DNA of 64,000 nucleotides from Octopus vulgaris (Eukaryota): NCBI GenBank assembly GCA_951406725.2, contig OX597815.1, positions 76,756,001 to 76,820,000 of the forward strand, read 5' to 3'. Shown piece by piece: positions 26,378 to 39,369 of this stretch (position 1 is its first letter; each line of letters starts with the position of its first letter). The notes under the pieces were generated by a model. It saw only the letters and a program-made list of their open reading frames with translations, ran no database searches and was not told where the DNA came from. The position numbers and the translations under genes were made by a program.

Positions 26378-26699
26378 ATGTGGTGATTGGCCCCATCTTA
26401 TCAGATGATTGGTTTCATCGCTCTTCGTTGTCAGAGCCATCTCTCACTTTTCCTCTGTTACCTCTGAGATGACTATTTAGTTCAGATGCATTCGTGACAG
26501 ACATAAGTTTTAACTTACGGTGCGCTTCCAACTGATCAGGTCTACACACCTTGCAACTCTTTTATCGGCACAGAACTTTCATTAGACGGGATATTAAAAT
26601 GAGTTCACCATACAGTGACATTTGTGTGTCATAAAATTATAGCAAAGTCACCAGCTACAAACCAGATTACCCATAAATATATCTAACAGTACAACTAAT

Positions 26700-28174
26700 A
26701 CCACTAAAGAAGGCCTACAGCAACAAGTGATTACTTCTCCAGCTAGGGGAAATAACATACTTGATCTAGTCTTTACCAACAATATATACTTCATTCACAA
26801 TGTTCAGCTCATTCCAACAGCTATCTCCGATCATAACATTATGTAATTTATTTATATATGGTTCATAGACAGCACCACATACTATTTCAAACATGATTCA
26901 CTCTTCATGACTCTGAATTTCAAGATGACCAGGTGGAAAGAAATCGATACTGTAATCCTCAAAAACAAACTGGTTTCGGCATATCGGCAACCTTAATGTT
27001 AACGAGGGGATGAAGTTTCCGTACGAAAGGTTAATAAAAATTTGTCGAAACTATACCCCATAGAAACTCGCCTATTTCTGAAAGAACTTGATTCCACGAG
27101 TCTGACTGATACTAATGTATAACAGAACCAAATTGACAAAACAACTAAAAAAAAAATTCAGCAGATGAGATTTTAAGAAAAAATAAGGAAACATTGAAAT
27201 AGACCAAAAAGTATCTTGTGAAACAGAAACTTCACTAAAAGGACACAGAGCAGTGAAGAATATAAGATAGAATCTTGAGTCCTTTTTCCAATTTGCCAAA
27301 CAAAAATCATCTACACGTGACCAGATCGGTCTCCCTAATGCGCCAAAATGGCTCAAAAACAAGTGACTCATCACAAATACTCACACTCTTGAGTAAAAAA
27401 TATAACTGCTTTTTCCCAACCTATAATGAACAAAATATTATATAATCCAAATGAATACTTTGATCTGCACAATTCAACTGCAAAGGTACGTCTAGAAATG
27501 GATACTACTGAAAACGTCTAAAAATTAATATCAGTAAAAACGTGCTAAACCAGCCTGACCAAGCCATTAAAGATGCTATTTCGAAAGTTGCTAAATGCCA
27601 GCTGATTCTCTGAACTAGTGAGAGACTTAATACTAACATCAATATACAAAGGAGGTAGTTGGGCTGAAGCTAAAATTTACAGACATGCTTCTTTTACATC
27701 CTCTAAAATTGTTTATCACATTATCTGATAAGAGAATACTTACATACAATAGCGAGGAAAAAAACTCATAAATAACACACAGCATGGTTTTCGGACCGGA
27801 CGATGTTGCCTGTCACAACTATAACATCACCTTGATACTATCCTCAATTATCTCATGAGAGGAATGAACACTGACTGTACATACCTCGATTTTGCTTAAG
27901 CGTTTGACATAACTTAGCATAGAATCACCTGTCATATCTAAAGATCTTAGTATAACAAGAAAACTCGGAGAATGGCTTGTTATGGAATAAGAATCAATCT
28001 GTTGTTGCAAGCGTTTTTCTCTCCGCAAAGTCACTCGTAGTAAATGGTATTCCACATGGCACGGTTCTAGGACCATTCTTATTTATCATCACCCTCACAA
28101 GTTTTATCGGCCAACTCACGAGCTACGCCGCTGACGAAAAATTATTCGTGGCTATCAAAACTCTAGATGTGACA
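26700..28174 (+). mobile_element. Decayed non-LTR retrotransposon (endonuclease + RT; CR1/L2-like), truncated at the duplication breakpoint
   Basis: ARGNNILDLVFTN (APE endonuclease C-terminal motif), GIPHGTVLGPFLF and SYAAD (RT motifs); many stops. Confidence 0.85.
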
Positions 28175-28275
28175 TGCTATAACTCAAATTTTGTCTGTGC
28201 ATACGTAATCTATTGACAATAAAAGTAATTTAAATAAAAAATGTAAATCATGGGGAATTAGCCCATAGATCTAGG

Positions 28276-28700
28276 ATGGCTCTGAAGAATACCAGACTCA
28301 ACATTAAGGTCGTTAAGAAGCCAGGGAAGTCCATCAGGTCACAATTATATAGAACACACCCCTTCGAAAATACCATATGCATTAATGAGAACTATGTAGT
28401 ATGTAAATTTAACCCCAATATTAACTGTAAAACTAGGAACATAGTCTACAGCATAAGGGGCTTGAAAAGAGTCTGTAAGGACAGAAACACGGTATATATT
28501 GAGAAGAATTCTAGGGTATAATGGAGTGGCTAAACGGATACTGGAGAGAGTATACGGACAAGAAACAGTCGTCCGTACTCTATCAACATACCAAAGACCA
28601 GCATGGTGGCTCGCAGGACCGAATTGACACCCACATTTTGTACAAAAACCCAAGAGACAAATACAAATGAAATATTATCCATACTAAATAGGAAATACAC
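28276..28700 (+). mobile_element. Penelope-like GIY-YIG fragment (second copy at about 46300-46720)
   Basis: IKVVKKPGKSIRSQL...IVYSIRG...VYIEKNSR resembles the C-terminal part of the element at 10480-10750. Confidence 0.6.
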
Positions 28701-31104
28701 GTAGAAGTTAAGGATACGCCAATGCCACATATACCACTCATGCAGCATACATACATAGGTCCATTCGTAAGTAGGCAGTCAAGTAGATAAATGGGTAGGT
28801 AGGTAGGTAGGTAGGTAGGTTGGTAGGTAGGTAGGAAGGAAGGTGGGTAGCTAGTTATATAGATTGTTAGTTACTTAATAAATTATGTAGGTAGATAGGT
28901 AGGTCGATAGATAGATAGAGAGATAGATATGTACGTAAGTAGGTAGTTAGATACATAGGTAGTACGGACAGTCACGCACGTACACACACACAATAGCAGA
29001 CACACACAAAAAGGCAGAAACATGAATATACAGACATATACACTCCACACAGGCATACACACGGACATATATAGGTACACATGTCTACACAACAGACGTG
29101 CGTGCGTGTACACACACACACACATACACACACACACACACACAATCTCATACGCATAGACACACTCAAGCACGCACCCACAAGGAAGCAGAAGTACACA
29201 GATAAACACATACACACACATAACAAACACACAAGCACGCACACCCACAGACACATGAATACACAGTAGAATACGTTCATACATATATACGCATGCATGT
29301 ACACACGCGCACACTGGTATACACGCGCGCGCATGCAACAAGGTCGCAAGCAGACAAACGGAATCTCTGTAGCGGACGAAGTCGAAAGTGATTGAAAAGG
29401 TTGCAGGTAGCAACGAAAGAGCTTTGACAAACAAAACCAAAACAAATGACTTACTGTTCAACCAAATTTAACAAACAATCGATTAGTTAGTCGGATATTT
29501 ATCCAACTGACCAATAATAAAAGGATGGAATTGAACCAGTGCGTGTGTTAATAATATTGGCATAATGATCCTCCGTAGTCACGACAGAACTAAAATTGTC
29601 TGCTGAATGTAAAGCATCTAACAACTTGTTACACTGCATCGATCTAGATGAAGAAACCGTTATCTTCCCTTTCTTTACTGATCCTTTGAATCATTGTTAC
29701 ATTTGATAAAATGCAGATTTCCATGTCTAAGTTAGCCACAAATTTATGTATGCATTTTAATTACCTCAGCACTTGAATAATACTCCTTTTAATGACCCCA
29801 GATTGAGGGACAGCAAACTCAACTTCCGCCACTTACATAAATATTAAGTATTATCTGAAACATCTTGCAGACTCATTCACTTGTAACAAAATATTGTTGA
29901 ACATACACAATCCAGATATTATGTCTCTAAACAGAATGCATTATGGAATGTTCAAGTCCAATCATCACAGAATTCAATTAATAATTAGGAAAATCAAATA
30001 CAACAGGATAATAGATTCGAATCAGTGCCTTCCAATCTCAGTAATACTTCAGATTATTATACATTAATCCATCAGTTAATAATTACGTTGATATCGGATT
30101 ATCTAGTAGCTGGGAACATTTCTCATATCAATTGTGTAAAACATCGTAAACAAAAATAGGGAATAGAAAATTATCTGATTTAATTTTCAAGTTCTCTACA
30201 TTTGTTGGGTGGTGGATTGACAACAGCATCAGAGACTTATGGCATTTTTTCCAGCTTTTTACATCTTGACTTAAGATATCACCGAGATCGCTTTTACCTT
30301 TTGTCCGTCTGAGATTAAATAAAGTACCAGCCATGTACTTGATCTATGTAATCCACTAACTTCTTCCTCATTAAATTTCCCTTGTGCATATATTAACAAA
30401 CAATTAATCTAGCAGACATTTCTATGATTAATCAAGATTACAACAATACTGCATTAACATACGAAATAGAACGGTTGCTAGCATGTCACTAATAGAATAT
30501 ATATTTAATCATTCAAACTGATAAGTAATTGTAGTCTAGAAGTCCTCCAAGTTTCTTTCCTTGTAAGTAAGCCAAGTAATATTGCATCTGAAGATCCACA
30601 AGAAAACCACTTATCCGATAGGTTACTTATTTTTATTGTTTTCACCATATTACAACTGAAGATGTACAAAGTTGTGGAAAAAATGCCATTAGCTTGGCTG
30701 TTAATTTTATTGGAAAACCTTCCTGATAGGTAAATCTCAGAAATACAAATGTACGTTTGGAGAAATGTATAAAGATATTCAAATGAACATTTTTTTTATT
30801 GAACCATTCCCACCAGAGAAAAAAAAACGATAAACGTCGCCCTTTTCATGCCTAGCCAGGTTCATGGGTCCGGCTTCCCTGTTTCTGTGGCGTATGTGAT
30901 CCCCTCAGCTGGACGGGACGCCAGTCAATCGCAACGTTACTCAAGAAACAGGAAGAGAGAGTGAGAGAAAGTTGGGGCGAGAGAGTACAACAGGGGTCAC
31001 CCCCACCCCCTCCCGGAGCCTTGTGAACTTTTAGATGTTTTCGCTCAATAAACACACACAACACCCGGTCTGGGAATCGAAATCGCAATCCTCCGACCGC
31101 GAGT

Positions 31105-31975
31105 TATATCTATGCTTTATTATTGTAACTTTAATATATCATTACTATATATTATGAATCAGATGCATAAGATAACCGGCCAGCTTTTGTTATTCCAGAT
31201 TGAAGGAGACGGTTGCAGCAGCACTTTAAACACAACCTACTAAATATTCCTTGTTTGTTAGTTAGCAGAATGCAGCCGGGACATTTTGGAAGTTCGTTAT
31301 GCAATAAAGTTTTGTGTTAAACTTGGTATAAGCACTACTGAACATTATGAAATGCTCCCAGGTCGCTTTTGAATAAACTTTTTTTCGCTGGCACAGGAAT
31401 TTCAAGGACGGTAGAAAGATAAAAGTAACGATAAGAGGTGTGGGAGGAAGACGGATGTCAGAGCATCAAAGGTTGTTGAAAAGAATTCGCAAATTACTTG
31501 ATGAAGACCGTCGTGTGTCTGCATAGACAATAAACTTACATTTTGGAGTGATTGTGACAAAGGTTTTTTTCTTTAAAATCTGAACATGTTCAAAAGTTTG
31601 TTCCCAAGGTGTTCGATAATGAGCATCCTGGTGACCAACTACTTGACAGAGACGGGCATCAAAACTGTCTCTCAGTCTTCCTGCTGTCTTGATCTTGTTC
31701 TCTGTGACTTTTGGACGTTTCCCAAGCTGAAGGAAAACTCCAATGGCAGTCGTTTTGAGGATGAAGTCTCCCAAAGTGAAGGTATCCAGGACTCTTGTCA
31801 TGAAGACCTCCACTTTGAAGAAAATCCATGGGGCCTTCACGAAATACCTGGAACGCTACAGCAAGTGCATTGAAGTCAGAAGACCCTGCCTCGAAGTAAA
31901 TAAGAGCTTTGTACTACTCTAAAATGAATGTTTCTCCTGAAAAGTCTGAAAACTTCTGGAATGAACCTTGCATAT
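31105..31975 (+). mobile_element. mariner remnant upstream of G4 (more complete copy at about 49226-50162 upstream of G6)
   Basis: DLVLCDFWTFPKLKEN (YSPDLAPxDFxLFPKLK motif) and a YAIKFCVKLG N-terminal motif; the 49.2-50.2 kb copy has imperfect TIRs. Confidence 0.8.
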
Positions 31976-32029
31976 TACCCAATATTTTAGGTTTCCTTTC
32001 TACCAAAATTATTAGCATTTCAAATACTT

Positions 32030-32417
32030 TTTAAATTATCTTTTAACAATGGAAAACTATTCATCAAAAACTTGTTCGACTGGCTTTCCCTTAATACAGC
32101 GAGATACAGCGAAGGATATCAATATAATCCAACACACACTTACAACGATGATTTCTTAAGTAGTAGAGCCTTTTGTAATCTAAAATAATAGAATAAATTA
32201 GATTGTTGTAATATACTTAATCTGTGAGCAACAGATATAAACAACAATATTTGCAATGTAAGCTGTTTTAACACTGCTTACTGAGCGCACGAGGGTATAG
32301 CAAAGGATCAATAAAATTTCAGCCAAACACGTGCATAAAAATGAATATGCGACAGAACAATGACTGAATCAATGCTATAAAAGAGAGTTGAAACAGACAA
32401 TACTAAACGTGTTCAAC
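32030..32417 (+). promoter_or_regulatory. G4 promoter with TATAAAA at 32376-32382
   Basis: Region is conserved with G6 (50220-50614) and with the more distant G1 (1200-1580, minus strand). Confidence 0.7.
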
Positions 32418-32687
32418 ATGGTTAAAATTGTCAGTTTAATTTATGCAGTCCTCCTGGTTGGGCTTCTGGAGACGTGCATTGCAAGGAGTGAAATTTTGTA
32501 CGAAGATAACCTGTCTGGAGCTGGAGGTCTTCGTGATGCTTTCTCTCTAGAAAAACGCAGTGCTATGTTTTCTAACAGAGAAAAACGTCTTGTTCGAAGA
32601 CCAAAGTATCGTCCAACCACTACAAAAAGTCCTTGCTATGGAATACGTAATTGTCGAGTTATCAAAGTTGGCAATGTGGCTGGCTGA
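32418..32687 (+). CDS. G4: intact 89-aa secreted peptide precursor; predicted mature cationic peptide LVRRPKYRPTTTKSPCYGIRNCRVIKVGNVA-amide
   Basis: TTCAACATGGTTA start context identical to OctTK-I; hydrophobic signal MVKIVSLIYAVLLVGLLETCIA; EKR and REKR convertase sites; two Cys; terminal Gly before TGA; donor CAGG|GTAACG at 32698/32699. Confidence 0.85.
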   Translation: MVKIVSLIYAVLLVGLLETCIARSEILYEDNLSGAGGLRDAFSLEKRSAMFSNREKRLVRRPKYRPTTTKSPCYGIRNCRVIKVGNVAG

Positions 32688-33606
32688 AACTTTACAGGGT
32701 AACGTATCCAATAAAATTAAATATGGCTTTATATATTAACTAGCTGTTGGGCCCGGTGTTGCTCGTGTTTTCCGTGTTGAAGTTAAGCCCACCTCTGACC
32801 TTGTATTGAAATCTTCTACGTTCCCCGTGTCATCTTTTACCCATTGAGATTTTATATCTGGTTCGGCAAGGGATTTTACCTGGTTAACGCTTTCGACAAA
32901 CTCCTACTAACTGGACCGTCTGAAATCGCAGTCAAACTTTTGGGTGTAGCTCGACCTGTTGAGCGTGATGTTTGTCTATTTCTCTCCCCTTAATTCCACC
33001 CTATGTACAAAATTGATCAGCGTGTCCAATATCAGCAAAATCCGAAGAAAAGTGTTAAGGTTGCGTTATAAAATAGAATTCATGTGACCCATTCACATGA
33101 AAATATTCTTTTGATTTTTAAATCCCAATTCATTATACGAATAATCGATGTTTTATATGTCGAGATGTTTAATTTTACTCATAGGTCAATTTTCTTCAAA
33201 ATCAGTTCATTATTTTTATTATGAGAGAATTTTGACAATTTCTGTCTTTCACCAGTTTAATTTTAATTCTACTAAATGAATCGACGATCTCGATTTATAC
33301 AAATTAGTCTAGACATTGCAGCTTGTTTTTGCAATACATAGCAGATGTTAAATGTTCTCTTTGTGTTAAAAAGAGTATTTTTCTTTATTATGAGTGGTAA
33401 ACAGATCTATATACCAACTAGAATAATCTATTTTTCTGTATGTGAAAATAAGTCTTTTTACATCTGTCTTTTTTCTTTTTCTTTTTTTTTTTCTATTTTT
33501 TTACACAAGGCTTAAAACTGCAGATTAATTATTGTAAATTGTTTTAGGCTTTCTTAAGCACGCTGATTTTTGTAGTTACCTAATCGGTATTTTTTGTTCT
33601 TTTCAG

Positions 33607-33661
33607 GCTATTTCAACATCGACAGATCTAATATATCCTAACAATCCTCGACTGAAATAAA
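33607..33661 (+). other. G4 terminal exon start (3' UTR if the 32699 donor is used) up to AATAAA at 33656-33661
   Basis: Branch-like CCTAAT, pyrimidine tract TTTTTTGTTCTTTTCAG|G, then AATAAA; conserved in G6 at 55700-55754. Confidence 0.7.
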
Positions 33662-33893
33662 CAGTAAAACTAAATCATATCGTTTGTATTTATTAATAAG
33701 ATCAATAATTTCTCTATCAGTATTGAAGTTTCAGAAACCAGAAAATTCTAGTTTGCAAGAGGAAAATGTTAAACTCCTTACTTAATTGCGCATTCAAACA
33801 TTTTCATTATGCTCATTAAACCTTTTATATTAATAGGAAAGGACTGAATGTCACAATCAAGCAAGATTCAAACTGACTTTTAATGTATAATAG

Positions 33894-33979
<86 letters not shown>

Positions 33980-33986
<7 letters not shown>

Positions 33987-34752
33987 TAATAAAGGGTTTT
34001 TTTGCAACACGTTGCTTAAACCACATACCGAAAATATTAGAAATAGCAGTCAAATGGGCTACTATTACTATTACTACAAAAATAAGTCTCCACAAACAAC
34101 AGTATTTACCATATATGGTAAAAAGAAGGAAGACAACGAAATCACACAGTCTACTGGATTAATTATGGACGATCGTTTCTGGATTAGAATCGTAAATTTA
34201 TTTCCTTATCAACATAATATTTCCCATAAATCTAGAAATGCTAGAAAAAAACTCACCAATTATATACTCGACCAGGCGACATCGAACGATATAACAGTCC
34301 GCTAGCATATCCACATTTATATAGACAAGCGAATTCGTATCTCCCTCCAAAATCTCACCACGTGAGTTACAAAAGACAGGAATGCAGTTTCATTGTAAGG
34401 GAGTTAAAGTATTCAATACATATAACAGGTGAAATATAATTAATTTAATAAAATCAATAAATTTCACCTAGTAGTCTTTCGGTATGGAAAGGACCATATT
34501 CGGTAAAAATTATATAATTATAATAAAGGGTTTTTTGCAACAAGTTGCTTAATAATTGTTTGTTTGTGGAGACTTATATTTGCAGTAATAGTAATAGTAG
34601 CCCATTTGACTGCTATTTCTAATATTTTCGGTATGTGGTTTAAGCAACTTGTTGCAAAAAACCCTTTATTATAATTATATAATTTTTACCGAATATGGTC
34701 CTTTCCATACCGAAAGACTACTAGGTGAAATTTATTGATTTTATTAAATTAA
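33980..34752. repeat. Nested long inverted repeats, probably the terminal repeat of a Penelope-like element
   Basis: 34441-34552 is the reverse complement of 34640-34752, and 33980-34100 is the reverse complement of about 34557-34680. Confidence 0.75.
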
Positions 34753-37279
34753 TACTGGCCAAAACCTTTCTAAGTTATTCTAAGTTAAGTTATGTTCCTG
34801 TTGTAAGACTCCAATCCACATACGCCAGTCGATTAGATCGACCCCAGTACACAACTGGTACTTAATATATCGACCCCGAAAGGATGAAAAGAAAAGTCGA
34901 CCTTGGCGGAATTTGAACTCAGGACGTAAAGACAGACAAAATATATCTTAGAATTTCGCCCGGCGTACTAACCTCTCTGCCAGCTCGCCGCCTTAATACA
35001 TACAGTACTAGCAGTATCGCCCGGCGTTGCTCGGGTTCGTAAGGGAAATAACTATATAAGCATTTTTAGAGAGTTACTTCCCTTATAAATTCGGGCTTTC
35101 TTAGCCATTTTTGTTTTGGTGTCTTCAAGCCATGAAGTCGTTGTTCTAAAAGAACGCTGGTTTCCTTCACAACGCATTACGACGTTGATTTCTTTACACT
35201 CCCTTCCCCACAGCTTCACGAGGGAGGGAAGGGGGAAAAGCAAACAGGTGCAGCTGTGAGCGTGGACGCCAACTCCGCCGCCATCGACACACGATGCATT
35301 TTATGCATTAAAATGGAATAAAAAATTGATGTTAAATTATTTTTAAAATCGTAGACTCATCGTTGACGCGCGCTAATAGTCAGACGGGCTCGATATGAAT
35401 CACGGCTATAAGATACCCGAATTTGGTTAAACTGCACCGCAAAATGTGGGAGGAGTTAGGAATCTAAATCGAAGGGGACAGACACTCACACAACTAGAGT
35501 TTTATATATATAGATATCACTTCTTACGAAAGGCAAGTGGGAGAAACTATACCGTAGAGAACAAATCTAGTATCGTTTTAGAATTATCTCCCTTGGAAAC
35601 CTTTTAGAAATAGTTATTTCCCTTAGTTGAGAAATTCGCTATTATCCGCTTTATTAAAAGTTTTAAAATTTTGTTTATTTACCATTTATAAAAACTGCCT
35701 TTTTCGTTTTTTCTAAAATTTATGAAAAAAATAAATGACGAATGAAAACGCTTTTCATACCATTTTGGATCAGCAGCCTAAAGTTTGCCCTGAATGAAAC
35801 TAAGATTTTGGAAGAAATATACGATATTTTTAACTTTCTGATAGATTTTAGCCGTTTGTAACATTGAAAAAAAATTTAAATAACAAGTAATTAAGTAAGG
35901 AAATATTACACATCATATAGATAGGGAAGATGAATTCGTTTTATATTATAACGAATGCAGTATCAACTTAGATTCAATAGTCGAAATAAAAGATTATTCC
36001 TATTAATAATATACCCGATTGTGATTGTTTTTCAGTAACAGGTCAGAGGAATTTGTTCGCATTCTATTTGATGATGAGATCCTAATGTTCTTTAGAGGTT
36101 TCAGAAATTATGTTGAAGGTTAAAAAGTTATTTGCAATGTGTCATCTTATTGTCTGACAAACACAGAGATCGAGAAGAAGAGGAAAAAATTAAATTATGT
36201 ATATATCGTGTTTTTCATCTTTATCAATAAACTTTTTTACTTTGATACTAATATTGCGTTTCATTTGAGTTTTATTTATTCTTTTCTTTTTTACACTTTT
36301 CTTGCTCTAAAACGTCTTTAAAAATCTAAAAAAAAAAGGGGGCCAAAACTATAAAATAAGCCCTTTTTAAGATCATTTGAAAGTTAAAACTATAAAATCA
36401 GCATTTTAAACTCTAAAGCAAAAACAAACTATAGTTTTGGAGTTCTAAAGCCCATAAAGAGACAAAAAACGCCGATTTTATAGTTTTGGCACTTTTGAAA
36501 GGTGTTTTTAGGTAATTTTAGAGCAAAACTGTTTTTTTGTCTTTTTATTTTTCTATATTGAAAATTAACGTTAATGGTTTATCAATAACTTCCGCTATAT
36601 TTTTACAGGATTAGTTGATTAACGGTTAACGAAGTTAACTTTTTGGTTAACGAATTAACGGCTAACGAAGTTAACTTGCCCACCTTTGCATATAAATATA
36701 CACATATATATATAACTCAGTCCGTGTGTGCGTGAGCGACACTAAAGAATATCCCACAGACATATATTATGAGGTAAAGAAAAAAAAAACAATACAAAGT
36801 AAAAACCACAATGATCTTTTATTGCCATTTACCACATCATTTCAAAACTTATTGCAGGCTGCTTTCACTTCTAATCGTAGATAATCCTTCAGTTAAATCA
36901 TTTCTTAGTGTATTGTTAATGAAGAACAACCACCAGCGTTCAGAACTGATACTGGTATGTAGAGATGTGTTTAGTATACTTTAATTAAACAAATTGTGAA
37001 TTTTCTTATTTCCCACATCGAAATACACACATGTATAATACATGCATCCATATATATGTTGTTGCTATTGTTGCTGTTGTTGTTGTTGTTTGTTCCTTCT
37101 CGAGTCATAAGGGCCAGTTTCCCGGTTTCTTTGGCGTATAGGGTCCCCACCTGGATGGGACGCCGGTGAGCTGCTAGATGCAGGAGGAAACAGTGAGAGA
37201 AAGTTGTGGTGAAGTTCGCCGATTATACGTGTGGAGACAGCCAAAAGAAGCATTTGACCCAGACTGCCTTCTTCCAACT

Positions 37280-38170
37280 GTTAAACAAGGAGGAGAATCT
37301 TTGATGAAATGAAATGAAATCTGCTGGCCCAATGATTTCACTTCATGGCAGAGTTAATAGTCAAGACTATTTAAGCATTTTATCTGATCAAAGTCATCCT
37401 ATGTTTGCGGAATTGTTTCTGGAGGGAAACGCAATCTTTCAGGATGATAATGCATCAATTCACACAGCTAAAGTTGTTGCTGAATGGCACGAGGAACATT
37501 CTAGTGGAACATCTTATCTGGCCACCACAGTCCCCAGGTCTCCATTTTATTGAACACTAGCAGTATCGCCCGGCGTTGCTCGGGTTTGTAAGGGAAATAA
37601 CTATAAAGCATTTTTAGAGAGTTATAGCCAAAAAATGGAAAAAAAATGATGGTAAATTTTTTTGAGAGTTAAAAAGGTCGAGTTGCGTCCCCTAGACAGT
37701 CTGTGGTTTGTGTTTCTGATTCTCGACCCCATGTCGAATTTATCGATTTTCTTTCAGAACTGGGGGAACTTTTCAAAATTTTGGCTGCGTTAGTTTTGAA
37801 TTATGACATTGGGCTATGTGTGAGTCAAGTTTCATCAGAATCAGTTGAAAGCCATGGTCAGGGTGAGGGTACAAACTGACAGACACACAGACACACACAC
37901 AGACAAACTGCCGTTTATATATAGAGAGATTTATGGTGCATTTTAGAAAAACAAGTAAGGATTCGATATCCTCCACCATAATCGCTACAATTACTGGTGA
38001 CTATTTAGCTGAAGAATGGACAAGAATTCCTTTGGAAATAATTCAAACTTTGTACGAGTCCATGCCTCGTAGAATTCAAGCTGTAATTAATGTCAAAGAC
38101 GGTCCTACCCCATATTAAAATAAATTTGTTTGAAATTTTAAGGTGTTTCCATTATTTTGTCCAACCCTTA
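37280..38170 (+). mobile_element. Tc1-like transposase 3' remnant interrupted by a Helentron-like repeat (37556-37930)
   Basis: AIFQDDNASIHTAK, WPPQSP and LYESMPRRIQAVINVKDGPTPY motifs. Confidence 0.88.
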
Positions 38171-39369
38171 TATATATAAATGAATAAATTCTTAACAGTG
38201 TCATATTGTTGCCGAAATTATTCGGACTGCGAATGTATATATTTTGTGCCCCATTACAAACTACCAAATTTAACTTGTCAACTATTCCATTTGTATATCT
38301 TTTATATTTTTGAAAATTGAAGCAACGATATAAAATATCAGATGAATGCAGTGCCTTTTAATTTACTCTCATCGCAAGGCGGTGAGTTGGCAGAAACTTT
38401 GGCTCGCCGGGCGAAATGCTTAGCACTATTTCGTCTGCCACTACATTCTAAGTTCAAATTCCGCTGAGGTCGACTTTGCCTTTCATCCTTTCAGAGTCAA
38501 TAAATTAAATACCAATTGCATACTGGAGTCGATCTGAACGACTGGCCTCCTCCCAAAAAATTTCGGGCTTTGTGCCTAGAGTAAAAAAACAGTATTTTAT
38601 ATATTAATATATCGATATTTACCACCGAGGTCGACTTTGCCTTTCATCCGTTCGGGATCTATAATTAATTAAGTACCAGTTGCGTACTGGCGTCGATCTA
38701 ATCCTTGTCCGCATCTTAATTGCTATCTCCCACAAGCGTTGGACTCTACCTTCGTTCATAAGTGCAGTAAAAATTTGCCGAATCAACCGATGTAAGGGCG
38801 ACAACCCCATCCCACCTAAGGCTTGAACGATATATATTTTTGTTCAAATTGACCAACTTTAACGTTTCTCTATCTTTAAATTGAAACGAGGTTATATGCC
38901 TGCGGCCGTTAGAGTCCTACGATCCGTCTATAAGGATATGCGCTTTACGGATGCGAAATCATTGGTCCCTCTATGATTGGCCATATAATTAATTTCCTCT
39001 GTTTGTGTGTGTGTGCGTGCGCGCGCTTGTATGCGTACGTGTGTGTGTGATTGCCCCATATTCTCTGATGATTGGTCTCCTTATCATTCTTCGTTGTCAG
39101 TGCCATCTCTCACTTTTCCTCTGTTACCTCTGCGATGACTATTTAGTTCCGATGCAGGTCTATGGTTTGAAGCATTCGTGACAGACATCAGTTGTAACTT
39201 TCGGTGCGCTTCCAACTGATCAGGTCTACACACCTTGCAACTCTTTTATCGGCACAGAACTTTCATTAGACGGGATATTAAAATGAGTTCACCATACAGT
39301 GACATTTGTGTGTCATAGAATTATAGCAAAGTCACCAGCTACAAACCAGATTGCCCATAAATATATCTA

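Noticed and set aside
29500-30840. Coding-looking minus-strand stretches (also 47692-47904 and 48538-48879)
   Set aside because: Frames are not preserved between the two duplicate copies and I recognise no domain; could be an old relic, which TBLASTX would test.
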